From contig CAZFOD010000001.1 of assembly GCA_964520545.1 (NCBI GenBank), positions 57,969-121,968 on the forward strand: a DNA stretch of 64,000 nt. The letters run 5' to 3'. Source of the stretch: an uncultured Candidatus Saccharibacteria bacterium (GTDB taxonomy: Bacteria; Patescibacteriota; Minisyncoccia; Phycocordibacterales; CAIZLB01). This document shows positions 8,606-18,303 of this stretch, in pieces (positions within the stretch are counted from its first letter, which is position 1; each line of letters starts with the position of its first letter). The position numbers and the translations under genes are program-made. The notes under the pieces are model-generated. The model was not told where the DNA came from. It made no database searches and saw only the letters and a program-made list of their open reading frames with translations.

Positions 8606-9820
8606 ATGAAATTTTCATACACAGCAAAAAAAGCAAACGGAGAAGAATACACATCTGTTATGGATGTTGCTGATAAGGGTACTTTTTTTCGCGAACTTCG
8701 AAAACTTGGAGAGACACCTGTTACGTTTAACGAATCGGGGGAACATCGTGCATTCAACATAGAAGTTAATCTCGATTTCTTGAAACGTATCAAGCCGATG
8801 GACAAGATTACGTTTGCTCGAAACATAAGCGGTATGCTCGAGGCTGGGTTATCTTTATCTCGAGCTCTTGGGGTTATTGAAAAGCAAACAAAGAGTAAGA
8901 AGTTAAAAGCTATTTACAAGAATCTTAACGATAGCATCAGTGGAGGAAAAACATTTCATGAATCTTTAGCGATGGAACCATCGGTATTTTCTACCTTATT
9001 CGTATCGATGGTAAAGGCAGGGGAAGAAGGCGGTACTCTTGCTGAATCTTTGAAGCATCTTGCTTCTCAGATGGAAAAAACGTATCAGATACAAAAGAAG
9101 GTAAAGGGTGCCATGATATATCCTGCCGTTATTCTCGGTGTCATGCTCATTATCGGAGTACTAATGATGTTGTTGGTAGTTCCAAACCTTGCCAAGACCT
9201 TTAACGATCTTAAGACTCCATTACCAACGAGCACAAAGATTGTGATAGGGCTCTCGGATTTTGCTCTGAATCATTATCTAATCCTTCTTTTGATTGTTGC
9301 AGCACTAGGTGCTGGAATTTACTATGCTATGAAAACTACTCTGGGAAAGAAGGCTTTAGACTTTAGTTCACTCCGTATACCTGTAATCGGTACAATAATT
9401 AAAGAATCTAACTCTGCAAGAACAACGAGAACTCTTTCATCTTTACTTTCATCAGGTGTCGATCTTGTTACAGCGGTTCGTATTACAGGTGAAGTAATGC
9501 AAAACACGTACTACAAAGATGTTTTACAGCGTACAGAGAAGATCGTTGAGAAAGGAGAACCAATCTCTACTGTTTTTGTACAAGAAGAAAAGCTATATCC
9601 AATTTTCGTCGGTGAGATGATGAGTGTTGGAGAAGAAACTGGAAAGCTTGCATCTATGCTCATTGGTGTTGCTAGTTTCTATGAGAATGAAGTAGAACAA
9701 AAGACAAAAGATATGTCGACCATCGTTGAGCCGTTTCTCATGGTTATGATTGGAGCGGGAGTAGGATTCTTTGCGGTATCGATGATAACACCGATGTATT
9801 CGGTGATGAATAATATATAA
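8606..9820 (+). CDS. pilC: Type IV pilus inner-membrane platform protein PilC (GspF family)
   Basis: Two GspF-type repeats and multiple TM segments. Immediately downstream of pilB. Confidence 0.8.
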   Translation: MKFSYTAKKANGEEYTSVMDVADKGTFFRELRKLGETPVTFNESGEHRAFNIEVNLDFLKRIKPMDKITFARNISGMLEAGLSLSRALGVIEKQTKSKKLKAIYKNLNDSISGGKTFHESLAMEPSVFSTLFVSMVKAGEEGGTLAESLKHLASQMEKTYQIQKKVKGAMIYPAVILGVMLIIGVLMMLLVVPNLAKTFNDLKTPLPTSTKIVIGLSDFALNHYLILLLIVAALGAGIYYAMKTTLGKKALDFSSLRIPVIGTIIKESNSARTTRTLSSLLSSGVDLVTAVRITGEVMQNTYYKDVLQRTEKIVEKGEPISTVFVQEEKLYPIFVGEMMSVGEETGKLASMLIGVASFYENEVEQKTKDMSTIVEPFLMVMIGAGVGFFAVSMITPMYSVMNNI

Positions 9821-9821
9821 T

Positions 9822-10292
9822 ATGAAGCAGGTGCTCTTAAGAAAAAAAGGTTTTAGTCTTGTGGAACTAGTGATTATAATCGCAATGACTGCCGTTATTG
9901 CAGCTGTAGTATTCTTTTCATTTCGAGGGTTTGCAAATTACCAAGTTCTCGATAAGGAAACAGATATCGTGCAATCATATGTTGATAAGGCTCGAGTAGA
10001 AGCGTTGAATTCGAAGAGCTTTGCAGACTTTGGTATTCGTTTTGCTTCTACGTCGGTTACTCTTTTTCAGGGTTCTGCATATGCCGCTTCGACCTCCAAC
10101 CTTGTGCGCAATCTTCCTTCTGGAGTTCGAATATCTACAATTTCTCTTACCGGTGGGGTATCGGATATGTATTTTAATAATGTAACAGGTGAGCCAAATG
10201 CCACGGGGACAATTACTTTTCAGCTCACGAGCACCCCTAGTACTACAAAATCTATAATAATTTACGGGACGGGACTATCTGAAGTTCGCTAA
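9822..10292 (+). CDS. Type IV prepilin (N-terminal cleavage/methylation motif KGFSLVELV), likely the major pilin
   Basis: Class III signal peptide G|FSLVE with Glu at +5 and a hydrophobic helix. Confidence 0.75.
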   Translation: MKQVLLRKKGFSLVELVIIIAMTAVIAAVVFFSFRGFANYQVLDKETDIVQSYVDKARVEALNSKSFADFGIRFASTSVTLFQGSAYAASTSNLVRNLPSGVRISTISLTGGVSDMYFNNVTGEPNATGTITFQLTSTPSTTKSIIIYGTGLSEVR

Positions 10293-10296
10293 AGGT

Positions 10297-10788
10297 ATGA
10301 ATAAAATAAATTTACAATCTACAAGAGGAATGAGTTTGATTGAGGTTGTTATCGCCGCGGCAATTATCGGCAGCTCTGTAGTTTTTATCATGGGAATTTA
10401 TAGTGGACTCACAAAACTTTCTTATAGAAACACCGCACGGATTCAGTCGGCAATGCTTGCAGAAGAGGGGATAGCTGCAATCAAGACAATGAGAGATTCT
10501 GGATGGACATCAAGAATTGCTTCGCTTTCAACAACGACGACATACAGCTTGTATTGGACAGGTTCAGTGTGGCAAGCAACTACGTCTTCACCGATTATTG
10601 ACGGTCAGTTTTACCGTACATTTACAATCACTGGAGTATCGAGAGATATAGATGCGGATATTGTTACGAGTGGTGGAACTTTTGATCCAAACTCAAAAAA
10701 GGTAACCGTTTCTGTTTCTTGGGCAGATAATGGGGCAACTTCAACTAAGTCTCTCGAAGCGTACATATTTAATGTTTTCAATAATTAA
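10297..10788 (+). CDS. Type IV prepilin-like minor pilin (RGMSLIEVV)
   Basis: Prepilin cleavage motif with Glu at +5. Confidence 0.7.
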   Translation: MNKINLQSTRGMSLIEVVIAAAIIGSSVVFIMGIYSGLTKLSYRNTARIQSAMLAEEGIAAIKTMRDSGWTSRIASLSTTTTYSLYWTGSVWQATTSSPIIDGQFYRTFTITGVSRDIDADIVTSGGTFDPNSKKVTVSVSWADNGATSTKSLEAYIFNVFNN

Positions 10789-10789
10789 T

Positions 10790-11323
10790 ATGAATTATAT
10801 TTCTAAAAAAAATAAAAGGGGTTTGTCAAAAGGATTCTCTCTCGTTGAGACAATCATCTATATATTTATATTAACACTCCTTCTCGTTGGTATTGTTAAT
10901 TCAACTTTGCTATTGGCTAAGAGCTATCGCAGTGTGAAAGCCGTTCGATCTATTGAAAGTTCAGCTATTTCTTCAATGGATAGAATGACGAGGGAAATTA
11001 AAGATGCAACAAGTGTTAATACCGGGGCGAGTAGCTTAAATGTTAACCCTGGCGTTTTAAGTCTCAATGCAACCAATGCTTCGGGAACAGCTGAGGTATT
11101 AAGGTTCTATGTGTCGAGCGGTAAAATAATGATGGATAGGGACGGGGTCAGTGTTGGTCAACTTACGTTTTCAGATTCTAATATCACAACATTAGTATTT
11201 CGCTCCATATCAACCTCGACTTCGGAGGCGGTGAAGATTGAAATGGCAATTCAAAGTGGAACTTCAACCTCTTTTATAACAAAGAACTTTTACGATACAG
11301 CTATATTACGTAGTTCATATTAA
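10790..11323 (+). CDS. Type IV prepilin-like minor pilin (KGFSLVETI). Start trimmed to MNYISKK
   Basis: Prepilin motif G|FSLVE. The track ORF starts 60 nt earlier inside the previous gene. Confidence 0.7.
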   Translation: MNYISKKNKRGLSKGFSLVETIIYIFILTLLLVGIVNSTLLLAKSYRSVKAVRSIESSAISSMDRMTREIKDATSVNTGASSLNVNPGVLSLNATNASGTAEVLRFYVSSGKIMMDRDGVSVGQLTFSDSNITTLVFRSISTSTSEAVKIEMAIQSGTSTSFITKNFYDTAILRSSY

Positions 11324-11330
11324 TAAAATT

Positions 11331-13124
11331 ATGAAAATAAAATCTCACAAAAGATCAACTCCAAAAACTTACCAAGGCGGACAGGCAATGATGGTTGCTG
11401 TGATGTTTGTTCTCGGAATCTCAATTGTCTTCATGGCTGCAGTAGCTACTCCTGTGGCGAATCAGATTCGAGGAGCATCGGGATACATACAGTCAAAACA
11501 AGGATACATACTGGCAGACTCTTCTGTTGAAGATATCATCTACAGATTGAACAACGGGAAAGTTGTTGGGTCTTCGGTGGAATCAGTGTTAAATGGGGGA
11601 GGTGCGACAACAACAATCACTAATGTCTCAGCAAGTTTGAAAAGAATATTAACAACCGCAACAGTTGGCGACTATGTTAGAAAGATGCAGGCTGATGTAA
11701 CGATGGGTTCTGGTGTTGCGTTTAATTACGGTCTTCAGGCTGGTAATGGTGGAGTTACATTAGGAGGAGGTTCAACTATCATTGGAAACATATATTCTAA
11801 TGGTGATATCGACGCAATCAGTGCAACAATTACTGGTTCTGCTACTGCAGCTGATAGTGCGGCACTTAACGCAGATCAGGTAAATGACACTCCTACCACT
11901 CCGACAAATGCGATTACATTTAGAAATGTTGCTGCCTCACAAGATTTTGCTCAGAGTTTCCAGGTGTCTACGAGTTCTCCACTGAACAAAGTACAGTTTT
12001 ATATAAAAAAAGTGGGAACACCTTCTGATGCCACTGTCCGCTTGGTGGCTGATAACGCGGGTTCACCAAGTACTACAGTGATTTCAATCGGAACTATTTC
12101 TCTTCTCTCAAGTCAGGTAACTACAAGTTATGGTTGGGTAGAGGTAGTTTTTCCAACTAATCCATCTTTGGTTCCAGGTACAACATATTGGATAGTACTC
12201 GACAGTAGTACTCAAAGTTCTTCTAACTATTATGTTATAGGAGGAAATACTTCATACGCAGCAGGTACTGCAAAGACAGGTTCATACTCAGGAGCATGGA
12301 CTGCGAGTGGATATGATGGATATTTTAGACTGTACCTTGGGGGCATACCTTCAATGATTGGAGGCGCGGGATATGTAGGAGGTGTGACTATAGGTTCAGG
12401 TGGAGTAGGTGATGCATGGGCGTCAACTGTACGAGGAGCGAGTGTCGCTGGAAATCTATATTGCACGACTGGGACTAATAACAACAAGGCTTGTAATACA
12501 ACTCACGGAACACCTTCTCCTCAGGGAATGCCGTTTTCTGACGCAAATATACAAGATTGGAAAGACGAAGCTGCGGCGGGGGGAACAATTGCCGGAAACT
12601 ATACAGTAGGCTGGGCAGGAGGTACTTTGGGGCCTAAAAAAATAACGGGAAACTTGACCGTGAACGGGGGAGGAACACTTACTCTTACAGGAACAATTTG
12701 GGTACAAGGAACGGTTACTATAACAAGTGGTGGAAGATTAGTACTGCCCGCTGCTTTTGCAGGAAATAGTGGAGTTATGATATCAGATAGTACAATTACA
12801 GTTTCAGGAGGCGGGTCTGCAGGATCTGGTACCGCAGGTAGCTATCTCTTCTTCGTCTCAACAAGTAGGTGCCCAAATGACATAAATTGCTCCGGTAACA
12901 GCGCTATAAACATAACAGGAGGTGCTGGTGCTATTGCGGCTAACGCTCAATCTGGAAATATTGCATTGAGTGGGGGTGCTTCCATAAACGCTGCGGTAGG
13001 GAACACAATCACTGTTTCAGGCGGAAGCACGGTAACGTACGACACAGGTCTTGCAAGTCCAAGTTTCTCAAGTGGCCCTTCGGGAAGTTATATAATCACG
13101 GATTGGTCTGAGTTGACCAACTAG
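11331..13124 (+). CDS. Large Gly/Ser/Thr-rich pilus-associated surface protein (597 aa) with an N-terminal membrane anchor. Putative pilus tip protein or adhesin
   Basis: The N-terminal hydrophobic segment is not a canonical prepilin motif. The rest is low-complexity G/T/S-rich. It is the last gene of the pilus operon before a terminator. Confidence 0.55.
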   Translation: MKIKSHKRSTPKTYQGGQAMMVAVMFVLGISIVFMAAVATPVANQIRGASGYIQSKQGYILADSSVEDIIYRLNNGKVVGSSVESVLNGGGATTTITNVSASLKRILTTATVGDYVRKMQADVTMGSGVAFNYGLQAGNGGVTLGGGSTIIGNIYSNGDIDAISATITGSATAADSAALNADQVNDTPTTPTNAITFRNVAASQDFAQSFQVSTSSPLNKVQFYIKKVGTPSDATVRLVADNAGSPSTTVISIGTISLLSSQVTTSYGWVEVVFPTNPSLVPGTTYWIVLDSSTQSSSNYYVIGGNTSYAAGTAKTGSYSGAWTASGYDGYFRLYLGGIPSMIGGAGYVGGVTIGSGGVGDAWASTVRGASVAGNLYCTTGTNNNKACNTTHGTPSPQGMPFSDANIQDWKDEAAAGGTIAGNYTVGWAGGTLGPKKITGNLTVNGGGTLTLTGTIWVQGTVTITSGGRLVLPAAFAGNSGVMISDSTITVSGGGSAGSGTAGSYLFFVSTSRCPNDINCSGNSAINITGGAGAIAANAQSGNIALSGGASINAAVGNTITVSGGSTVTYDTGLASPSFSSGPSGSYIITDWSELTN

Positions 13125-13132
13125 GTATCTGA

Positions 13133-13161
13133 AAATCCCGCACACCATGCGGGATTTTTTG
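13133..13161 (+). terminator. Rho-independent terminator after the pilus operon (atcccgca-cacc-tgcgggat plus TTTTTT)
   Basis: 8-bp stem plus U-tract. Confidence 0.75.
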
Positions 13162-13183
13162 ATATAATGCATCGCATATTCCT

Positions 13184-14140
13184 ATGAAGAAGAACAAAAG
13201 ACCCCTTATCGTCGGTAACTGGAAGACAAACCCTGCAAGTTTCAGTCGAGCAAAAGAACGTTTCCAAGCTATTAAGCGCGCCGCAGCGGATCACAGTGGT
13301 ATTGATGTTGTCATTTGTCCACCATTTCCATACATTTCTGCTCTTTCCTCTCTTGCAAACATTAAAAATATTGCAGTAGGAGCTCAAGATCTATCTATAT
13401 ATGGAGAAGGATCAAAAACTGGTGAGGTAAGCGCACCAATGATATCTTCTTCAGGTGCTAAAGCTGTAATCATCGGTCATTCTGAGAGGCGGGCGATGGG
13501 AGAAACAGACTCAGTTGTTGCTGCAAAGATTGCTCAAGCATTAAAAACTGATATGCAAATCATACTATGTGTTGGAGAATCTGAGCGTGACAACGATGGT
13601 ACATATCTCGAAGTGATTAAGAAACAGTTAAAAGAAGCTCTTGTCGGACTCGAGCGAGTCCATTTCAGTCAGATAATAGTTGCATACGAACCAGTATGGG
13701 CAATTGGGAGGAAAGATAATGTTGCAATAACATCGCACGATCTTCATCAAATGGTTATTTACATAAAAAAGCTTTTCACCGAATGGTGGAGTGATACGGT
13801 AGCGATGATGGTTCCGATTCTTTACGGAGGATCTGTTACCGCTGAAAATGCACAAGACATTATGTGGAACGGCGAGGTAGATGGACTGTTAGTTGGCAGA
13901 GCAAGTTGGGAGGTTGAAACATTCGGACCTCTTTTTGATGCTGTTGATTCTCGCAAGCGATCAATAGTGGTTTTGACTAAAAAGAAGCCTCGAGAAGATG
14001 CACGTAAAGAATCTCAGTTAAAAGCAAAGAAGATTGCGAAGAAGCAGATAGTGAAGAAATCTAAAGCAATTGTAAGTCGTGTTACTGGAAAACCAAAAAG
14101 AAAATTAGTAAAAAAAGTTTCAAAAAAGAAAAGACAATAA
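13184..14140 (+). CDS. tpiA: Triosephosphate isomerase with a roughly 65-aa lysine-rich C-terminal extension
   Basis: NWKTN near the N-terminus, AYEPVWAIG active-site loop, and GGS near the C-terminus of the TIM barrel. The tail is KKKPREDARKESQLKAKKIAKKQ.... Confidence 0.85.
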   Translation: MKKNKRPLIVGNWKTNPASFSRAKERFQAIKRAAADHSGIDVVICPPFPYISALSSLANIKNIAVGAQDLSIYGEGSKTGEVSAPMISSSGAKAVIIGHSERRAMGETDSVVAAKIAQALKTDMQIILCVGESERDNDGTYLEVIKKQLKEALVGLERVHFSQIIVAYEPVWAIGRKDNVAITSHDLHQMVIYIKKLFTEWWSDTVAMMVPILYGGSVTAENAQDIMWNGEVDGLLVGRASWEVETFGPLFDAVDSRKRSIVVLTKKKPREDARKESQLKAKKIAKKQIVKKSKAIVSRVTGKPKRKLVKKVSKKKRQ

Positions 14141-14142
14141 AT

Positions 14143-15285
14143 ATGAAAATTCCATCAATCAAAGACGCGGGGGATATTAAGGGAAAGAGAGTTATTGCGC
14201 GGTTTGATTTCAATGTTCCAATTAAAGACGGCAAGGTGGTAGATGATCTACGAATAAAAAAGAGTCTCGCAACGTTAAATTATCTTCGAGAGGCTGGTGC
14301 TCGGACAATAATAATTTCTCATATTGAGGGGAAGAATGGGGATGCGCTACCCTTGGAACCAGTCGCGGAATACTTGAAGGCATTGATGCCTATAAATTTC
14401 GTAAAGGATTTTCTGAATAACGACACTGCGCTTCTTGCTGTGACTGGTATGAATGACGGAGACGTAGTCTTCTTTGATAACTTACGTTTTAGTCCTGGGG
14501 AAAAGAAGAATGATGCTGAGTTTGCAAAGTATCTTGCTGCATTCGGAGATCTTTATGTAAATGATGCCTTTTCAGTTTCTCATCGAGAGCATGCCTCAGT
14601 AGTTGGTGTGCCCGCGCTTCTCCCTCATTTTGCAGGCTTTAATTTGCTTGAAGAAATATCAAATCTTGATACTGTCGTTCAACCAGAACATCCTTTTGTT
14701 TTTATTCTCGGTGGAGCGAAGTTTGAAACAAAGTTACCTCTTTTTGAAAAGTTCATTAACAAAGCAGATTCGATTTTTGTTTGCGGAGCGTTGATGAATA
14801 ACTTTTTCAAAGAGAAGGGATTAAATGTGGGAAAGTCTTTGGTTTCTCCGGGAAACTTTAATCTTGTTGAGTTAGATAAGGATCCAAAGATTGTATTGCC
14901 AATTGATGTAGTGGTGAAGAATGATAAGGGAAGTGAAACAAAAAATATTGTTGATGTTGTATATCCAGATGTCATTGTCGACGTCGGTCCAGAATCTTTG
15001 AAGAAATTTGCTCCAATTATCTTTGGAGCAAAACTAATTCTCTGGAACGGGCCTCTTGGAAATTATGAGGAGGGATTTAAAGACCAAACAATTTCTCTTG
15101 CACAGATGATTATTGATTCTGGTGTGAATGCGGTCTTAGGGGGAGGTGATACTACAGCGGCAGTGGCGAGTCTTGGACTCGACGCCAATTCTGAGAAGAA
15201 CGCTATCTTTGTATCAACAGGGGGTGGAGCAATGCTTGAGTATCTTTTGAATGAAACACTTCCAGGAATAGATGCGTTGAAGTAA
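14143..15285 (+). CDS. pgk: Phosphoglycerate kinase
   Basis: The N-terminal RxDFNVP motif and hinge/nucleotide-binding motifs match PGK. 380 aa. Confidence 0.85.
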   Translation: MKIPSIKDAGDIKGKRVIARFDFNVPIKDGKVVDDLRIKKSLATLNYLREAGARTIIISHIEGKNGDALPLEPVAEYLKALMPINFVKDFLNNDTALLAVTGMNDGDVVFFDNLRFSPGEKKNDAEFAKYLAAFGDLYVNDAFSVSHREHASVVGVPALLPHFAGFNLLEEISNLDTVVQPEHPFVFILGGAKFETKLPLFEKFINKADSIFVCGALMNNFFKEKGLNVGKSLVSPGNFNLVELDKDPKIVLPIDVVVKNDKGSETKNIVDVVYPDVIVDVGPESLKKFAPIIFGAKLILWNGPLGNYEEGFKDQTISLAQMIIDSGVNAVLGGGDTTAAVASLGLDANSEKNAIFVSTGGGAMLEYLLNETLPGIDALK

Positions 15286-15290
15286 GGGTT

Positions 15291-15719
15291 TTAAATCTCC
15301 TTCTTTATTTTCTCCGCAGTTGATTCCATCTCTCCTTCTTTGTATGGTTTGTGTCCCCAGTGCTTGTATCCGTCCTCATTGAATCGAGGAATGACATGAA
15401 TATGAGCATGCATCACTTCCTGTCCTGCAGCAGATTCGTTGTTCATTGCTATGTTGATGCCGTCAGAGTCAACGCCGTTCTTCGCCGCAACTGCAATTTT
15501 TTGTGTTGTCATGATCATTCGGCAGAGAGTTTCGCTCGGTGTGCCGTAGATGTTTTCAAAGTGATCTTTTGGGATGACGAGTGTATGTCCGGGATTATTA
15601 GGATGAATGTCTAAAAAAGCTAGCGTCTCGTCATCTTCGTAGACTTTGTTAGCAGGAATCGTTCCAGCTACTATCTTGCAAAATATGCAATTCTCGTCGA
15701 TTTGGTGTTCAGTTTTCAT
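15291..15719 (-). CDS. HIT-family (histidine triad) nucleotide hydrolase. Start trimmed to MKTEHQ
   Basis: HxHxHxx triad (HAHIHVIP) and an N-terminal CIFCKI motif. Confidence 0.75.
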   Translation of the reverse strand: MKTEHQIDENCIFCKIVAGTIPANKVYEDDETLAFLDIHPNNPGHTLVIPKDHFENIYGTPSETLCRMIMTTQKIAVAAKNGVDSDGINIAMNNESAAGQEVMHAHIHVIPRFNEDGYKHWGHKPYKEGEMESTAEKIKKEI

Positions 15720-15757
15720 ATAAATATATATGCCTGATTGTATGATAAAATCGTTGA

Positions 15758-17482
15758 ATGGCAAACTACTCCGTTCGTCCTTGGCAGGGCGACAATCTTC
15801 TCGACCACCTTCTTTTTCATCGGGGAATTACTAATTTGGCTGATCGAGAGGCCTTCCTCTCGCCCGATTATGACAGGGGTATTCATGACCCTATGCTTCT
15901 TGCTGATATTAAACCGGCTATTGAACGAATACGAAAAGCCATCATTGCAGGGGAGCGCATTGCCATATTTAGCGATTTTGATGCAGACGGTCTTCCGGGA
16001 GGAACCATTCTCCATGATTTCTTTAAGAAGGTGTCATACCTCAATTTTGAAAACTATATTCCACACAGACATTTAGAGGGTTTTGGATTGAACAATGAAG
16101 CGATAGACAAGATGCATACGCGCGGAGCAAACCTCATCATTACCATAGACTGTGGAATTACTGATATAGAGAAAGTTGATTATGCGAATTCATTGGGTAT
16201 TGATGTGATAATAACGGACCATCATTTACCTGGGGTAGAGTTGCCTAGAGCTTTAGCTGTAATTGATCCTAAACGTGAGGATTGTAACTATCCAGAGAAA
16301 ATGCTTTGTGGATCAGGAGTCATCTTCAAGGTAATACAAGCGCTTCTTGCTGATGATCGTGCTAGGAAGGAATCAGATCAAATCTTTGGTGCTGCAAAGT
16401 TAGGCTGGGAAAAATGGCTTCTTGATATGGTAGGGCTTGCGACGCTTTCCGACATGGTACCGCTACTGGGAGAGAATAGGGTATTTGCACACTACGGACT
16501 TAAGGTGCTTAGGAAAACACCTCGTCTTGGCATTATGAAATTACTACGCTCTTTAGATGTAAAACAAATTAATTTAGTTGAAGATGATATTGGTTTTCTC
16601 ATTACTCCCCGCATTAATGCTGCATCTCGCATGGCTGATCCAATGGATGCGTTCAAGATGCTTACAGCATCTACGGATGAAGAAGCCGATATTGCAGTAG
16701 CATATTTGAATAAGCTTAATGATGAGAGAAAGGGAACTGTAGCTGCGATGATAAAGGAGATAAAGAAAAAGGTGGAGGAAAGATCTCTTCAGGATCGATC
16801 TATACTTGCTCTTGGTAATCCAAATTGGAAACCTGCGCTTCTCGGGCTTGCCGCTACAACTCTTGTTCGAGATTACGGGCGACCTGTCTTTTTATGGGGA
16901 AGAGACGAAAACAATGTCTTGAAAGGCTCATGTCGTTCAGACGGAAAGACAGACATTGTTGTACTCATGAGATCTTTACCTCCTGAAATATTCATCGATA
17001 AAGGAGGGCATTCAATGGCTGGTGGTTTCTCTTTGTCGGATGAGCATATACATAAGTTTGCGGATGCACTTTGTGATGCCCATGCTGAAATTGCAGCGAA
17101 ACAAAAAGCAGATGAAGATGCAGGTAATGTAAAAGAAGACTATATTGACGCACTACTTACTCCTGATCAAGTAACATGGGATACATGGTCACATCTTGAA
17201 AAGCTTGCACCATTCGGAGAAGCTAATCCGAAACCCTTGTTCATGATTAAGCAGGCACCGCTTACAGGTATTAAGATGTTTGGAAAGACCGGGAATCATC
17301 TAGAGGTAAGTTTTCAAGGAGCTCGAGGGAAGAAGGTTTCTGCTATACAGTTTTTCTGCGAACCAACCCCTAAGATATCGGCACTTAAAGCAGGAGACCC
17401 TGTTACCCTCATTGTTACCCTTGAAAAGTCTATGTTTAGAAACTTTCCTGAGCTTCGATTGAGAATTGTTGATATACTGTAA
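15758..17482 (+). CDS. recJ: Single-stranded-DNA-specific exonuclease RecJ (DHH/DHHA1)
   Basis: DHH motifs (ITDHH, DxD) and a DHHA1 C-terminal region. 574 aa. Confidence 0.8.
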   Translation: MANYSVRPWQGDNLLDHLLFHRGITNLADREAFLSPDYDRGIHDPMLLADIKPAIERIRKAIIAGERIAIFSDFDADGLPGGTILHDFFKKVSYLNFENYIPHRHLEGFGLNNEAIDKMHTRGANLIITIDCGITDIEKVDYANSLGIDVIITDHHLPGVELPRALAVIDPKREDCNYPEKMLCGSGVIFKVIQALLADDRARKESDQIFGAAKLGWEKWLLDMVGLATLSDMVPLLGENRVFAHYGLKVLRKTPRLGIMKLLRSLDVKQINLVEDDIGFLITPRINAASRMADPMDAFKMLTASTDEEADIAVAYLNKLNDERKGTVAAMIKEIKKKVEERSLQDRSILALGNPNWKPALLGLAATTLVRDYGRPVFLWGRDENNVLKGSCRSDGKTDIVVLMRSLPPEIFIDKGGHSMAGGFSLSDEHIHKFADALCDAHAEIAAKQKADEDAGNVKEDYIDALLTPDQVTWDTWSHLEKLAPFGEANPKPLFMIKQAPLTGIKMFGKTGNHLEVSFQGARGKKVSAIQFFCEPTPKISALKAGDPVTLIVTLEKSMFRNFPELRLRIVDIL

Positions 17483-17492
17483 TCCAATATTT

Positions 17493-18248
17493 ATGAATAA
17501 AGAATTGAAACAAGTTGTTTTGTTTACAGACGGGTCATCTAGGGGTAATCCAGGGAAGGGTGGCTGGGGAGCTGTAATGATATATCCTGACTCTCACGGT
17601 GTCTTGAGAGTAGACGAACTTGGTGGTCGTGAAGATATGACTACTAATAACCGGATGGAGATAAGTGCAGCCGCTCTCGGACTTATGCACATAGATGGTT
17701 TCTATGAAAACTTAAGTGACGTATCTTTTGTTATTTACATCGACTCTGCATATGTTGTAAACGGTGCTACCAAATGGATTCATGGTTGGAGAAAAAACAA
17801 TTGGATATCAAGCACAAAAGAACCTGTGAAGAATCAGGATCTTTGGGAACAATTAGCAATTGCAATTGAAGGTAAGAAAATTGAATGGAGATTAGTTCCT
17901 GGGCATGCTGGTGTTCCTGGAAACGAACGGTGTGATGTTATTGCTACTTCTTTTGCTGATAACGAACCGACAGATTTGTATACTGGACCACTATCTCAAT
18001 ATGAAATCAAAGACATCTTAGATGTTCTAAAAACTAACCATGCTGATATCCCTAAAAATCCAAACAAGAAATCATCATCAAATAAGACAAAGGCATATTC
18101 TTATGTGAGTGCAATTGATGGAAAGGTTCAAACTCATGCGACATGGGCAGAGTGTGAAGCAAGAGTAAAAGGAAAAAGTGGTGCTAGGTTCAAGAAATCT
18201 ATTTCCCCACAAGATGAGAAAGATATCATGAGTGAATTCTCAGCGTAG
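17493..18248 (+). CDS. rnhA: Ribonuclease HI with a C-terminal hybrid-binding domain (HBD)
   Basis: The RNase H fold motif TDGSSRGNPG and downstream acidic catalytic residues. The C-terminal segment YVSAIDGKVQTHATWAECEARVKGKSGARFKK matches the HBD/caulimovirus-VI motif. Confidence 0.75.
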   Translation: MNKELKQVVLFTDGSSRGNPGKGGWGAVMIYPDSHGVLRVDELGGREDMTTNNRMEISAAALGLMHIDGFYENLSDVSFVIYIDSAYVVNGATKWIHGWRKNNWISSTKEPVKNQDLWEQLAIAIEGKKIEWRLVPGHAGVPGNERCDVIATSFADNEPTDLYTGPLSQYEIKDILDVLKTNHADIPKNPNKKSSSNKTKAYSYVSAIDGKVQTHATWAECEARVKGKSGARFKKSISPQDEKDIMSEFSA

Positions 18249-18303
18249 GATTTTAAATATATTTTAGGTTTTCTTTGTGTTTGATTGATGCTCTGTTAGT
18301 AAC

